A DNA stretch of 64,000 nucleotides from an uncultured Bacteroides sp. (GTDB taxonomy: Bacteria > Bacteroidota > Bacteroidia > Bacteroidales > Bacteroidaceae), in NCBI GenBank assembly GCA_945833835.1, contig CAMAFR010000011.1, positions 545 through 64,544 on the forward strand, read 5' to 3'. This document shows, piece after piece, positions 36,317 to 47,069 of this stretch. The notes under the pieces are model-generated. The model searched no databases. It was not told the DNA's origin and worked only from the letters and a program-made list of their open reading frames with translations. The stretch's first letter is position 1; each line of letters opens with the position of its first letter. Position numbers and translations under genes: made by a program.

Positions 36317-37189
36317 ATGCTTTACCACTTGCTTGCCGTATTCATTGTCATCGTGTGGGGGACTACGTTCATCTCGTCCAAGCAGCTGCTGCTGGCGGGA
36401 CTGACGCCCCACGACATCATCTTCTACCGTTTCTGCATGGCCTATCTGTGCCTGGGCCTGTGCGCCCGTCCGTTCCGCCTGTGGGCGGACAACTGGAAGG
36501 ACGAGGCGTTGTTCCTGCTGCTGGGCCTGTTTGGCGGAACGCTGTATTTCCTGACCGAGAACAATGCCTTGCGCTTCACCTACGTGAGCAATGTGTCGCT
36601 CATCTGCAGCACGACACCGCTGCTCACGCTGTTGCTCAAATACAGTGTGGTGAGCCGCTCCCTGCCCGGCGCACGGTTGGTCATCGGGTCGTTGGTGGCC
36701 TTTCTCGGGGTGGCGGTCGTGGTGCTCAACGGCAGGCTGGTGTTTCAGCTGAGCCCTGTCGGCGACCTGCTCTGTGTGGGCTCCGCCCTTTCGTGGAGCC
36801 TCTACACGCTGCTCATCGAGCCGCTCAGCCGCCGCTATCCGGTGGTCTTCATCACGCGGAAAATCTTTTTCTACAGTCTGCTCACGTTGCTGCCCACGTT
36901 TCTGGTAGAGCCGCTCACGGTGAGTCCTGCCGTGTTGCTGTCGGCCGCCGTGTGGCCTCAGCTGCTGTTCTTGGGGGTGGTGGCCTCGTTCGGGTGCTTT
37001 ATGCTCTGGAATGTCTGTCTGAACCGCATCGGTGCTATTGTGGCCTCCAATTATATCTACCTCACGCCTGTGGTGAGCATCGTGGCCTCGAACCTGATTT
37101 TGGGGGAGCGCATGAACCTGGCCCTCTTTGCCGGAACGGCGTTGGTGCTGGCAGGCATGGCGGTGGCGCAACGGGGGTCGTCACGCTGA
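36317..37189 (+). CDS. DMT/EamA transporter
   Basis: About 10 TM, VWGTTFISSK, LGE. Confidence 0.88.
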   Translation: MLYHLLAVFIVIVWGTTFISSKQLLLAGLTPHDIIFYRFCMAYLCLGLCARPFRLWADNWKDEALFLLLGLFGGTLYFLTENNALRFTYVSNVSLICSTTPLLTLLLKYSVVSRSLPGARLVIGSLVAFLGVAVVVLNGRLVFQLSPVGDLLCVGSALSWSLYTLLIEPLSRRYPVVFITRKIFFYSLLTLLPTFLVEPLTVSPAVLLSAAVWPQLLFLGVVASFGCFMLWNVCLNRIGAIVASNYIYLTPVVSIVASNLILGERMNLALFAGTALVLAGMAVAQRGSSR

Positions 37190-37273
37190 GGGGGAAAAAT
37201 AGGAAGAGGGTACATCCTCTGGTGGATATACCCTCTTGCACGTGTTTTATCTGTGTTATTTCGTATCTGATCG

Positions 37274-37879
37274 TTATTTTTGAGTTACTGTTCCCACTAC
37301 TTTGCCGTTCTTATCCATTTCGACAGAGATGGTGCTCTTGAATTCTTGGTCTATCTGAGTTTTCAATGCGCTCAGGTATGACTTGACAACTTCATCTACG
37401 TCTGTTGGTGAAAATGGTCCGTACGCAATCTTGTTCTCAAATTCTTTGTAGCGCGTTAGGCTTACATCGGTCGTGCTGCCGTCTTCGAAAGTGGCTTTAA
37501 TATTATACTTCACCACGATGCTGAATTCGTACTTCTCTTTCGGAGTGAAGTTGTTCTTTTTGCTGATGCTGGAACATGTCAGCTGGAAGGTGGCAGGTAC
37601 GCCGTTGGCTGTAGCTGTGACGGTGTTGGCTGTCTGGGTAAGCAGGTCCTCGCCGCCGGAAACCAATTGGCTGTTATTGCCGACGGTATGCTGCACGTGA
37701 AAATTGATGATGGCCACTTCCTTCAGGTCGTCGGACAGTTGCGCATTGAGGGTCAGCTCCAGCTTGGACACTTTCTTGGAAGTAGCAGGATTGTCATCAT
37801 CGTCCGAACAGCTGCTCACTCCTACACATACACAGGCCATCATGACGGCCATGCTCATTACATAAAAGAATCTTTTCAT
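37274..37879 (-). CDS. Lipoprotein of unknown function
   Basis: MKRFFY..GVSSCSDDDD lipobox with acidic export signal. Confidence 0.75.
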   Translation of the reverse strand: MKRFFYVMSMAVMMACVCVGVSSCSDDDDNPATSKKVSKLELTLNAQLSDDLKEVAIINFHVQHTVGNNSQLVSGGEDLLTQTANTVTATANGVPATFQLTCSSISKKNNFTPKEKYEFSIVVKYNIKATFEDGSTTDVSLTRYKEFENKIAYGPFSPTDVDEVVKSYLSALKTQIDQEFKSTISVEMDKNGKVVGTVTQK

Positions 37880-38077
37880 ACAGTTAGTTTTTGAATGTTT
37901 TATACCGCTTCTGGCCCGCTGCAACCAGCAGGGGCTTAAGCTCGGGCACAAAGGTAGTGGTTTCTCCACATCTGGCCAACATGCGTCCGTTCACTGGGTA
38001 AAAAACGACTGGTCATTGCGTCAAAAATTGCTTTTCTGCCTCCAGAAGGCCTTAGGAACGCCTATGTCCTTCTTTTT

Positions 38078-39232
38078 CTACCCCCCCCGTTGCTGGAGAG
38101 AGGCATTCATTTGCTGCTTGCGGACGTAGTCGCCGGGCGTGATGCCCTTGTATTTGCTGAAGGCGCGGCTGAAGGTGGAGAAGGAGTTGAAGCCGCACTC
38201 GCTGGCTATCTCGGTCAGGGGCTTGCGGTCGGTCACCGACAGGGCGTCTATCCGGGCGCAGCTTTCCTCCACACGATAGCGGTTCAGGTACTCGTAGAAG
38301 GTCATGCCTAAGCAGCGGTTCAGATAGTAGGACATGTAGGTACGGTTCTGGTGGGTGTGGTAGGCCAGCTGGGTGAGCGACAGTTTCGGGTCGAGGTACA
38401 CCTTGTCCTGCTCCATGCTCTTGGTGAGCAAGGCACCGATTTCTGCCAACTGCTCTTGGGTCAGCAGTCCGTTGTCGGCGGTTTCCTCCGGGTCGGTGGC
38501 ATCGGGTTTGTCCTCTGGCGGAGTGTCGGTGGGGGCATCGTCCGGCCGGTCCAATTGCAGGGTCTGCAAGACCTGTAAGGTATAACGGAAGGGGAAGGAC
38601 CACAAAAGCAGGCTGAAGGCGTTGAACAGCACCTCGCCGCCCCACGTGGCCTCGTCGAAACAGGTGTAGTAGATCACTACGGTGGACACAAACAGCAGGC
38701 AGAAGCCTACCAGCCACTTGAGTTGGAAGAACTTCGGATAGAGGAACGGCTGCCTGTGCCGCTGGCGGTACCACACGCTGTGCCCCACCACAATGCCAAA
38801 GGTCAGGAAAACCATGGTGAAGGCCATCGTATAGGCCCACAGGCACACCGTCTCGGCAGGATGCAGCAGATAGGCCGGGATGAACAACGCCTGTAGCAGG
38901 AAGGCCAGGAGGGCACGTCGGGGGGTGGCCCACCCCGGGTGGCAGACCTCGATGAAAAAGGCACAGGTAATCGGCACGAAAGGCAGGTCGATGACCGTAA
39001 TCAGGTCGCCCAGAAAGGGGCTGTCTTTCCACCCCTCCACCATCAGCAGGCCGTCTTTCACATAGCAGCAGGCAACGTAGAGCATGGCGAGGTAGAACAG
39101 ACGCACCATCCACAGCCGGTTCCGGTAAGGGTGGAGCCAATAGCACCAAAAGAAGAAGAAGGTGGCGGTCACCCCCCGCAGGCAGTGGGCAAACGCTTCG
39201 AAAGTGGTTATCGTATGGAGTATTCCTGTCAT
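38078..39232 (-). CDS. Membrane-bound AraC-family regulator
   Basis: N-terminal TMs; YLDPKLSL..NRTYMS..CGFNSFSTFSRAF. Confidence 0.88.
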   Translation of the reverse strand: MTGILHTITTFEAFAHCLRGVTATFFFFWCYWLHPYRNRLWMVRLFYLAMLYVACCYVKDGLLMVEGWKDSPFLGDLITVIDLPFVPITCAFFIEVCHPGWATPRRALLAFLLQALFIPAYLLHPAETVCLWAYTMAFTMVFLTFGIVVGHSVWYRQRHRQPFLYPKFFQLKWLVGFCLLFVSTVVIYYTCFDEATWGGEVLFNAFSLLLWSFPFRYTLQVLQTLQLDRPDDAPTDTPPEDKPDATDPEETADNGLLTQEQLAEIGALLTKSMEQDKVYLDPKLSLTQLAYHTHQNRTYMSYYLNRCLGMTFYEYLNRYRVEESCARIDALSVTDRKPLTEIASECGFNSFSTFSRAFSKYKGITPGDYVRKQQMNASLQQRGG

Positions 39233-39357
39233 TGGTTCCTTGTTTTCTCTCCGAATCTCGTTCGGTCGGAACAAAATTAAGCAATTCTGCGGAGAAAGCC
39301 CTCCTGCCGGCGGTTAATTTTTCGCCGATGGGAGGCAAAGCGGTCCTTCTTGTCCGC

Positions 39358-40233
39358 TCAGTGGTGACGGTTCAGCAACAGGCCGCCCACAATGAGCAGC
39401 AGGCCGATATAGGTGGTGACGGCGATGGGCTCGCCCAGCACGATGCCGATGAAGAACAGCGACAGGAAAGGGGAGAGGTAGCAGAGCTGGTTGACGAGGG
39501 TCGGGTTGTCGGTGGTGCGGATGGCCAGCCCGAAGCAGAGGAACGGAATCCCCATCTCAAAACAGCCGACGTAGATGCCCGAGAGCCATCCCGTCAGGGT
39601 GGGGGTGTGCAGGCCGACGACGGCGGTGGCGGCCAACAGGTAGAGGCTGCCGAACAGGAAGGTCATGAAGAGGGAGACCGTTCCGTCGACGGTCGCCTCG
39701 CGGCGGTTGGTCATCATCCAGTAGAGGGCCCAGAGAAAGGCGCTGAGCAGGGCCAGCAGCAGTCCGGTGGCCGATACAGAGAGGCCACTGGTGCCTCCGG
39801 TGCCGGCCGAGATAAGGGCCACCCCTGCCAGCGACACGGCCATGCCCCCGTATTTGCTGCGGGGGATAGGCTGATGGCCGAACAGGGCCAGCAGCAACAG
39901 CAGCACGATGGGCCAGGCGTAGTTGACGGGTTGGGCCACTTGGGCCGGCAGCAGTTCGTAGGAGCGGAACAGCACCAGGTAGTAGCAGACGGGGTTGAGC
40001 AGGCCCAGAAAGGCGAAACGTCCCCATTGCCGGCGGCTCAGCCGGGCCACTAACGGCCATTGGTGCCGGACGGTGAGCGTCAGGCTGAACAGGAGCAGGG
40101 CCGTGAGGCTGGCGATGACGATGAGCTCGAAGTAGGTGAGTTGCTGCAGGGCCAGTTTGAAGGCGGTGGCTACGGTAGACCAGCTGAGCACGGCTACCGC
40201 AGCGCATACAAGGGCTTGATGGGAGGTCTTCAT
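39358..40233 (-). CDS. DMT/EamA transporter
   Basis: WSTVATAFK, multiple TMs. Confidence 0.88.
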   Translation of the reverse strand: MKTSHQALVCAAVAVLSWSTVATAFKLALQQLTYFELIVIASLTALLLFSLTLTVRHQWPLVARLSRRQWGRFAFLGLLNPVCYYLVLFRSYELLPAQVAQPVNYAWPIVLLLLLALFGHQPIPRSKYGGMAVSLAGVALISAGTGGTSGLSVSATGLLLALLSAFLWALYWMMTNRREATVDGTVSLFMTFLFGSLYLLAATAVVGLHTPTLTGWLSGIYVGCFEMGIPFLCFGLAIRTTDNPTLVNQLCYLSPFLSLFFIGIVLGEPIAVTTYIGLLLIVGGLLLNRHH

Positions 40234-41216
40234 CGCAGCTTCTTTCCTATGCCGACCTGGCTGACGGTCTTGCTGCTGCCCTTTTCCTTATACAGGTATC
40301 CTCTGAACATGCCTCCGCTGTTGAAGGGCATGGCAAAATGGCCGTCCTTGTCGACGGCAATCAGTCCGCCGTTGCCGGCTTCGGCGTTCAGCTCCTCGAA
40401 GAGGATGTGGTCGGCGGCTTTCTCGATGGGTTCCTTGAGGAACTTGTAGCGGGCGCAGAGCGTATGGGCCACCGCATGGCGGATGAAGTATTCGCCGTGG
40501 CCGGTGCACGACACGGCACAGCTCTCGTTGTCGGCATACGTGCCGGCACCGATGATGGGCGAGTCGCCCACACGTCCCCACTGTTTCTTGAACATCCCGC
40601 CTGTGCTGGTGCCGGCGGTCAGGTTGCCGGCCTTGTCGAGCACCACACAGCCCACGGTGCCGTTCTTCTTGCTCTCCCGTTTCAGCTCTTCCACCCATTT
40701 CAAGGTCTTGGGGGTGGCGAAGAACAGGTTGTCGTCCACCATCTCCAGCCCTTGCGAGCGGGCGAACTGTTCGGCTCCCTCGCCGGCCATCATGACATGG
40801 GGCGATTGGGTCATGACGCTGTAGGCGGCCTCGATGGGGTGCTTGACGTGTTTCACGCCTGCCACGGCCCCGGCCGAGAGGTCTTGTCCGCGCATGATGG
40901 AAGCGTCCAGCTCGAAGGTGCCGGTGGCGGTGCAGGTGGCTCCTACGCCGGCATTGAACAGCGGGTTCGATTCGAAGTAACGCAAAACGGCGATGACAGC
41001 GGTCTCGCCCTTGCCGCCTTCTTCCAGGATGGCCGCCCCGATGTGGAGGGCCGAGTCGAGGGAGGCATAGTAGGCGGCCGCCTGTTCGGCACGGTCTTCC
41101 AGTCCGGCCATGGCGCCGGCGCCGCCGTGTACCAAGATGACGTAGTCTCTGGCAGGCTGTGCCTGCAGGGCGATGGCCAGCAGGCAGGCCATGCATCCTA
41201 ATAAAAAGCTTCTCAT
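40230..41216 (-). CDS. Isoaspartyl peptidase/L-asparaginase (Ntn)
   Basis: HGGAG, FNAG, GTVGCV, TSTGG, GRVGDSP. Confidence 0.92.
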   Translation of the reverse strand: MRSFLLGCMACLLAIALQAQPARDYVILVHGGAGAMAGLEDRAEQAAAYYASLDSALHIGAAILEEGGKGETAVIAVLRYFESNPLFNAGVGATCTATGTFELDASIMRGQDLSAGAVAGVKHVKHPIEAAYSVMTQSPHVMMAGEGAEQFARSQGLEMVDDNLFFATPKTLKWVEELKRESKKNGTVGCVVLDKAGNLTAGTSTGGMFKKQWGRVGDSPIIGAGTYADNESCAVSCTGHGEYFIRHAVAHTLCARYKFLKEPIEKAADHILFEELNAEAGNGGLIAVDKDGHFAMPFNSGGMFRGYLYKEKGSSKTVSQVGIGKKLR

Positions 41217-41376
41217 AGTCATATCTGTTTTTTGGTGAGTATTCATGATTTGGGCCCCAAAATTACGCATAATTTTTGGATAAGTAGGAGTCCGGGCCGA
41301 TAAAATGTCACCCACCTGCCTGTTTATCCGTGAAATGTCCGTATCTTTGCACCGAATTAGATAGTTGAAAAAATAG

Positions 41377-43293
41377 ATGAAAACATTTGAAGAACTTGGC
41401 GTTTCCTATGAAATACGCAAAGCGATAGAGGAGATGGGGTATGAGAACCCCATGCCGGTACAGGAGGAAGTGATTCCCTATCTGTTGGGAAACGGAAACG
41501 ACGTGGTGGCTCTGGCACAGACCGGAACCGGAAAGACAGCCGCATTTGGTTTGCCGCTGATACAGAAGATGGAAGTGAGGGACCGTGTGCCGCAGGCATT
41601 GATTCTGTGTCCCACGCGCGAACTCTGCCTGCAGATAGCGGGCGACTTGACGGATTATTCCAAATACATCACCGATTTAAAGATATTGCCGGTCTATGGC
41701 GGCTCGTCCATCGAGAGCCAGATACGCAGTCTGCGACAGGGCGTGCACATCATCGTGGCCACGCCGGGCCGGCTGATTGACCTGATGGAGCGGGGCGTGG
41801 CCCGCTTAGACACGGTGCGCGATGTGGTCATGGACGAGGCGGACGAGATGCTCAACATGGGGTTCACCGACAGCATCAACGCCATCCTGGAGCAGGTGCC
41901 GGCCGACCGCAACACCCTGATGTTCTCGGCCACGATGAGTCCCGAAATCTCACGCATCGCCCGGACGTATCTGCACGATGCCAAAGAGATTACCATCGGC
42001 ACCAAGAACGAAGGCACCAAGAACGTCCATCACGTGGCCTATATCGTCCATGCCAAAGACAAATACCTGGCTCTGAAGCGGGTGGTGGACTTCTATCCGC
42101 AAATCTACGGCATCGTGTTCTGCCGTACCCGCAAGGAGACACAGGAGATTGCCGACAAGCTGATACAGGACGGCTACAACGCCGACTCGCTGCACGGCGA
42201 ACTGAGCCAGGCACAGCGCGACCTGGTGATGCAGAAGTTCCGCCAACGCCATCTGCAGCTGCTCGTGGCCACCGATGTGGCCGCACGCGGACTGGATGTG
42301 AACGACCTGACACACGTCATCAACTACGGGCTGCCCGACGATACCGAAAGCTATACGCACCGCAGCGGCCGTACAGGCCGGGCCGGCAAGACCGGTATCT
42401 CCATCGCCATCGTCAACCTGCGCGAGAAAGGCAAGATGCGCGAGATAGAGCGCATCCTCAACAAGCAGTTTGCCGTCAGCGTCCTGCCTACCGGTAAGGA
42501 AATCTGCGAACAGCAGCTCATCAAGGTGGTGGACGACATTGAGAAGGTGAAGGTGGACGAGGAGGAAATAGACGCCTTCCTGCCGGGCATCTACCGCAAG
42601 CTGGAGTGGCTGAGCAAGGAAGACCTCATCAAGCGGGTGGTGTCGATGGAGTTCAACCGCTTTCTGGATTATTACAAGAATGCTGCCGAGATAGAACAGC
42701 CTGCCGCCGGCGACAAGAAATCGGCCGGCAAGCGGGAGCGCAAGGAGCGGGGGGCGGACGGCGAGAAACGTTCGCGCAAGGCGGAGGAAGGATATACCCG
42801 CCTGTTCCTGAACCTGGGCAAGACCGACGGCTTCTTCCCTAACCAGATTATCGACCTGATTAACCGCAACCTGAAGAAGGAGCGCATCGAGGTGGGACGC
42901 ATTGACCTGATGCAGAACTTCTCGTTCTTCGAGGTGGCCGAAGAACAGGCCGGCATGGTGGTGAAGGCCCTGAACCGGCTGACCGTGAACGGACGCAAGG
43001 TGGTGGTGGAGCCTGCCGACGAAAATGTGGGCAAGAGCGACAAGAGCGGCAAGAAACGCGAACGGGTGCCGGCTGCCGAAAAGCCGGGCAAGGCCGGAAA
43101 GGCCGGACGGGAGGAGACGGGGACACGCAAGCCGAAGCCCAGCCGGGAAGAGAGAGGCTATATCGCTCCCCGCGGACCGAAGAAGAAAGATGACTGGAAG
43201 CAGTTCTTCATCCATGATGACAACCGTCCGCTGAAAGGCGAGATACCTGATTTCGGCGAGGAAGGCTGGGCTAAAAAGAAGAAAAAGAAATAA
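41377..43293 (+). CDS. DEAD-box RNA helicase with DbpA-type C-terminal domain
   Basis: AQTGTGKT, PTREL, DEAD, SAT, HRSGRTGR. Confidence 0.95.
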   Translation: MKTFEELGVSYEIRKAIEEMGYENPMPVQEEVIPYLLGNGNDVVALAQTGTGKTAAFGLPLIQKMEVRDRVPQALILCPTRELCLQIAGDLTDYSKYITDLKILPVYGGSSIESQIRSLRQGVHIIVATPGRLIDLMERGVARLDTVRDVVMDEADEMLNMGFTDSINAILEQVPADRNTLMFSATMSPEISRIARTYLHDAKEITIGTKNEGTKNVHHVAYIVHAKDKYLALKRVVDFYPQIYGIVFCRTRKETQEIADKLIQDGYNADSLHGELSQAQRDLVMQKFRQRHLQLLVATDVAARGLDVNDLTHVINYGLPDDTESYTHRSGRTGRAGKTGISIAIVNLREKGKMREIERILNKQFAVSVLPTGKEICEQQLIKVVDDIEKVKVDEEEIDAFLPGIYRKLEWLSKEDLIKRVVSMEFNRFLDYYKNAAEIEQPAAGDKKSAGKRERKERGADGEKRSRKAEEGYTRLFLNLGKTDGFFPNQIIDLINRNLKKERIEVGRIDLMQNFSFFEVAEEQAGMVVKALNRLTVNGRKVVVEPADENVGKSDKSGKKRERVPAAEKPGKAGKAGREETGTRKPKPSREERGYIAPRGPKKKDDWKQFFIHDDNRPLKGEIPDFGEEGWAKKKKKK

Positions 43294-44131
43294 ACGCCCG
43301 GTCGTCGAACGAACATTGCCCCTTGTACATCCCCTTCGTACTCTGGTACGACCGGATGCACAAGGGGTCTTTTTGTAGGAGGCCGGCCAGATGGTCTTCC
43401 GATTGGCGCAGGGTGGGGAAGAGCTGCGGATAGCCGTCGGTGGCCAGCACGACCGGGGTCTGTGGCAGGACGGGAATGACGCGCACCTGTCCCGCAGGCA
43501 GGGGGAAACCGTCGAACACACCGTAGGCATACGGATGGCCGGCTGCCGGCAGGTTCTGGAAGACCGATTGTTTCACGAGGAACGGGCGGATGAAGGCGCG
43601 GCCTTCATCGTTTTCCAGCAGTTCCGCCACGCTTTTGCCTTGCAGCAGGGCCGCTTCGTTCCAGGCGGCACGGGCGGCTGCCAGGAGGCCGTCTATTTTT
43701 TTCCCGTTGGAGAAATATTTTTCTCCCACGAGGCACTGGCAGTCGCCTATCAGTGCGACGGCCTGCAGGTGCCGGCTGTAGAGGGCGCAGCTGGCCGTCA
43801 AGCGTTGCTCGGGATGTTGCCGCACGGTGTCGGTCAGGCCGTTCTCGGCATAGAAGCGTTGCAGCCGGCAGGTGATGTGTGACGTGACGGCACTCCACGG
43901 GGCGGTGGGCGGCAAGGTCCGGATGGCTGCTTCCACCAGCCGTGCCGCCCACTGTCCGGTGGTCTGGCCCGCAGGCCGGAAGTCCGACTTCGAGGTGGCG
44001 CCGTCAATCACCCCTATATAATAAGGTGTGATCACGATGCGGTCCTCGTTGGCCGTTTCGGACGTTTTCCCTTTCAGGAAGTGTTCGCCAATGTGCCAGT
44101 CGTAGGTCTCAAAAGCGGTTCCGGAGGACAT
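43271..44131 (-). CDS. PP2C-fold phosphatase-like protein
   Basis: NED, VIDG, IGD, ATDG, DD motifs. Confidence 0.6.
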   Translation of the reverse strand: MSSGTAFETYDWHIGEHFLKGKTSETANEDRIVITPYYIGVIDGATSKSDFRPAGQTTGQWAARLVEAAIRTLPPTAPWSAVTSHITCRLQRFYAENGLTDTVRQHPEQRLTASCALYSRHLQAVALIGDCQCLVGEKYFSNGKKIDGLLAAARAAWNEAALLQGKSVAELLENDEGRAFIRPFLVKQSVFQNLPAAGHPYAYGVFDGFPLPAGQVRVIPVLPQTPVVLATDGYPQLFPTLRQSEDHLAGLLQKDPLCIRSYQSTKGMYKGQCSFDDRAFISFSSF

Positions 44132-44138
44132 GGGGCGC

Positions 44139-45509
44139 TTATTTGTTGATGAGGAACAGCCGCAGTTGGTCCGACGAGACGCGGGCCTTGAGCCATTCGC
44201 TCAGTTTCTCCACTTCCGAGCGGCCTGGGGTGGGGTGGCAGCTCACGATGGCAAAGGTCAGGGTGTCTACACGGCTACTGTCGATGTTCAGTTGCAGGCT
44301 GCGCGAGATGGACACTTTCTTCACGGTGGGGAAGAGCACTTTCATCTCGTCGCCCATCCGCTGGTCTATCAGTCCCGTGCCGCTGTAATAGTCCAGCTCC
44401 CGTTGCAGCGAGTCGGCCAGCTGCTTCTGCTCGGCCAGCTGCGCCTTGTTTGTCCGGTAGATGTCTTCCATGACCGACGACTTCAGCTCGCTCATGTTCA
44501 GTTGCGGGACGGCTTGATTGTTGCCTCCCTGGAAGACGATGAGCTTGGTCTTCGGCAGCTGGTAGTGGGCCATCCGGTCGCGGGCGGTCTCTATCTGTTC
44601 GTCCGAGACTTCCTTTCCCAGCAGCACCACGCGGATTTCGCGTTTCTTATAGGAGATTTCGCGTTTCAGTATCTGCGAGTCGGTGAACTGCAGTTCGTGG
44701 TTGACGAAGCTGTTGGCTTCGGAGTGGTAGAATGTTTCTTTCACGATGCCGTAGGTCAGGTAGACCGCCGGGCACATGGTGGCTACCGTGATCCAGATGA
44801 TGTAGCGGCGCACTAACTCTTCGCGGGCCTTGTCGACGAACTGCTTGCGCTGGAAGTGCATCACCCGCACCCCGATGAAGGTGGCGAGGCTGATGAAGAC
44901 CGAGTTGATGAAGTACAGGTAGAACGCGCCGAGGAAATAGAGCAGGTTGCCGGTGGCCAGCCCGAAGCCGGCGGTACACAACGGGGGCATCAAGGCCGTG
45001 GCGATGGCCACCCCCGGTATCACGTTGCCTTTCTCCTTGGTGGCGAGGGCCACAATGCCTGCCAGACCACCCACTAAGGCGATGAACACGTCGTAGATGG
45101 TGGGAGAGGTGCGGGCCAGCAGTTCCGACTGGACCTCGTCCAGCGGGGTGAAGGCAAAGTAGACCGTGGCGGTCGTCACGCTGAACAGGGTGGCGATAAA
45201 GTAGCTCTTGAGGGAGCGTTTCATCAGCTCAAAGTCGTTCAGGCCGATGGAGAGCCCCACCCCCATGATAGGGCCCATCAGCGGGGAGATGAGCATGGCG
45301 CCGATGATGACGGCGGTCGAGTTGACATTCAGCCCCAAGGAGGCGATGAAGGTGGCGAAGATGAGCACCCACAGGTTGGTGCCCTTGAACTCCACCCCGT
45401 TGCGGATGGAGTCTACGGTGACTTGTTCGTCTTCCTTGCTCCGGTTCAGGTCCAGGTATTCGTTGAAGAAGTTTTTCAGTTGTACTTTTTTGAGTTTGTT
45501 GGCGTCCAT
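44139..45509 (-). CDS. DUF389/TIGR00341 membrane protein
   Basis: AVIIGAMLISPLMGPI, PGVAIATALMPPL. Confidence 0.88.
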   Translation of the reverse strand: MDANKLKKVQLKNFFNEYLDLNRSKEDEQVTVDSIRNGVEFKGTNLWVLIFATFIASLGLNVNSTAVIIGAMLISPLMGPIMGVGLSIGLNDFELMKRSLKSYFIATLFSVTTATVYFAFTPLDEVQSELLARTSPTIYDVFIALVGGLAGIVALATKEKGNVIPGVAIATALMPPLCTAGFGLATGNLLYFLGAFYLYFINSVFISLATFIGVRVMHFQRKQFVDKAREELVRRYIIWITVATMCPAVYLTYGIVKETFYHSEANSFVNHELQFTDSQILKREISYKKREIRVVLLGKEVSDEQIETARDRMAHYQLPKTKLIVFQGGNNQAVPQLNMSELKSSVMEDIYRTNKAQLAEQKQLADSLQRELDYYSGTGLIDQRMGDEMKVLFPTVKKVSISRSLQLNIDSSRVDTLTFAIVSCHPTPGRSEVEKLSEWLKARVSSDQLRLFLINK

Positions 45510-45519
45510 AGTTGATGTT

Positions 45520-47010
45520 TTATTTGATAAAACGGTTAATGACGGGAATACGGTGTAAAGGTAAGTCTTTTTTCACAATATAAGCCACGAACAGCAGCAA
45601 TAAAAGGGTCCGGAAGCCCAGCCGCAGCACGGGAGAGGCGATGCTGACCTGTTCGGCGGCTACGTAGAGCACGGCGGCCAGCAGGAGGTAGACGGCCATC
45701 TCCTTCAGCGGATAGCCCACCGGGTATTTCTTCTGGCCGATGACGTAGGACAGCAGCGTGATGGTGCCGTAGCCGGCCACGGAGGCCCATGCCGAGGCCA
45801 CATAGCCGTAACGGGGCACCAGCCAGATGTTGAGCAGCAGGATGATGGCGCAGCCCGTCAGTGAGAAGTAAGCCCCCCAGCGGGTCTCGTCGGTCAGCTT
45901 GTACCAGAAGGACAGGTTGAAGTAGATGCCTTTGAAGATTTCGGCCCCCATCACGATGGCCACCACGCTGAGCCCCTCCCAATAGTCTTTGGCCACCATG
46001 TAGCGCAGCAGGTCCATGTAGAACATCACGGTGAGGAAGGCCAGCAGCGAGAAGATGAAGAAATATTTCATGGCCGCGGCATAGACGGTCCGGTTGTCGG
46101 CCTCCTTGTTCTTGCCGAAGACAAACGGCTCGTAGGCATACCGGAAGGCTTGGGTGAACATGGCCATGACCAGGGCCACCTTGCTGGTGGCGCTGTAGAT
46201 GCCCAGCTGCACGAGCCCCTCCTGGCGGTCGTCGAACAGGAAGGGGTAAATCATCTTGTCCACGGTCTGGTTGAGGATGCCCACCCACCCGAAAATCAGG
46301 ATGGGGAACGAGTAGACAATCATCCTTTTCAGCAGGGCGGGGTCCATGCGGTAGGAGAAACCCCGCAGCTCGGGCAGGAAGAACAGCAGCTGCACGGATG
46401 ACATGAGGAGGTTCGACACGAAAATATACCCCACTAAGTAGTCGGGACGGTAGAACCAGGCTACCCATTCGTGGGCGTGGATGTCGAGCCACGGGCAGAG
46501 CAGCAGGAAGAACAGGTTGAGGCAGATGTTGCCCATAATGTTGAACAGCTTGATGCCGGCGAACTTCAACGGCCTTTTTTGGTAGCGCAGGTAGGCGAAG
46601 GGGATGCACTGGAATGCGTCTAAGGCCACCACCATCACCATCATCCCCACATAGTCGGGGTGGTCGGGATACTCCAGCAGCGCGGCGATGGGGTGCAGAA
46701 AGGTCAGGCACGTCACGACGAACAGCAGTGACAGGCCGCCGACGAACAGCAAGGTGTTGGCATAGACTTTTTCCGGGCGTTCGTCTCCTTTGTTGGCAAA
46801 CCGGAAGAAGCCGGTCTCCATGCCGAAGGTCAGCAGCACCAGGATCAGCGCCGTGTAGGCATAGACATTGGATACGACACCGTAGCCCCCCGATGAGGCT
46901 GTCAGTACCGAGGTGTAGAGTGGGACGAGCAGGTAGTTCAGAAAACGCCCTACGATGCTGCTCAGTCCGTAGATGGCGGTGTCTTTGGCTAATGAGGATA
47001 GTCCGGCCAT
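45520..47010 (-). CDS. Polysaccharide flippase family (MOP) protein
   Basis: LAKDTAIYGLSSIVGRF; many TMs. Confidence 0.85.
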   Translation of the reverse strand: MAGLSSLAKDTAIYGLSSIVGRFLNYLLVPLYTSVLTASSGGYGVVSNVYAYTALILVLLTFGMETGFFRFANKGDERPEKVYANTLLFVGGLSLLFVVTCLTFLHPIAALLEYPDHPDYVGMMVMVVALDAFQCIPFAYLRYQKRPLKFAGIKLFNIMGNICLNLFFLLLCPWLDIHAHEWVAWFYRPDYLVGYIFVSNLLMSSVQLLFFLPELRGFSYRMDPALLKRMIVYSFPILIFGWVGILNQTVDKMIYPFLFDDRQEGLVQLGIYSATSKVALVMAMFTQAFRYAYEPFVFGKNKEADNRTVYAAAMKYFFIFSLLAFLTVMFYMDLLRYMVAKDYWEGLSVVAIVMGAEIFKGIYFNLSFWYKLTDETRWGAYFSLTGCAIILLLNIWLVPRYGYVASAWASVAGYGTITLLSYVIGQKKYPVGYPLKEMAVYLLLAAVLYVAAEQVSIASPVLRLGFRTLLLLLFVAYIVKKDLPLHRIPVINRFIK

Positions 47011-47069
47011 ATTTCAGTCTTTTAGTAAATGGTAGCAGTAATGATGGGTGTGGACGACAGGCAGGGGCT

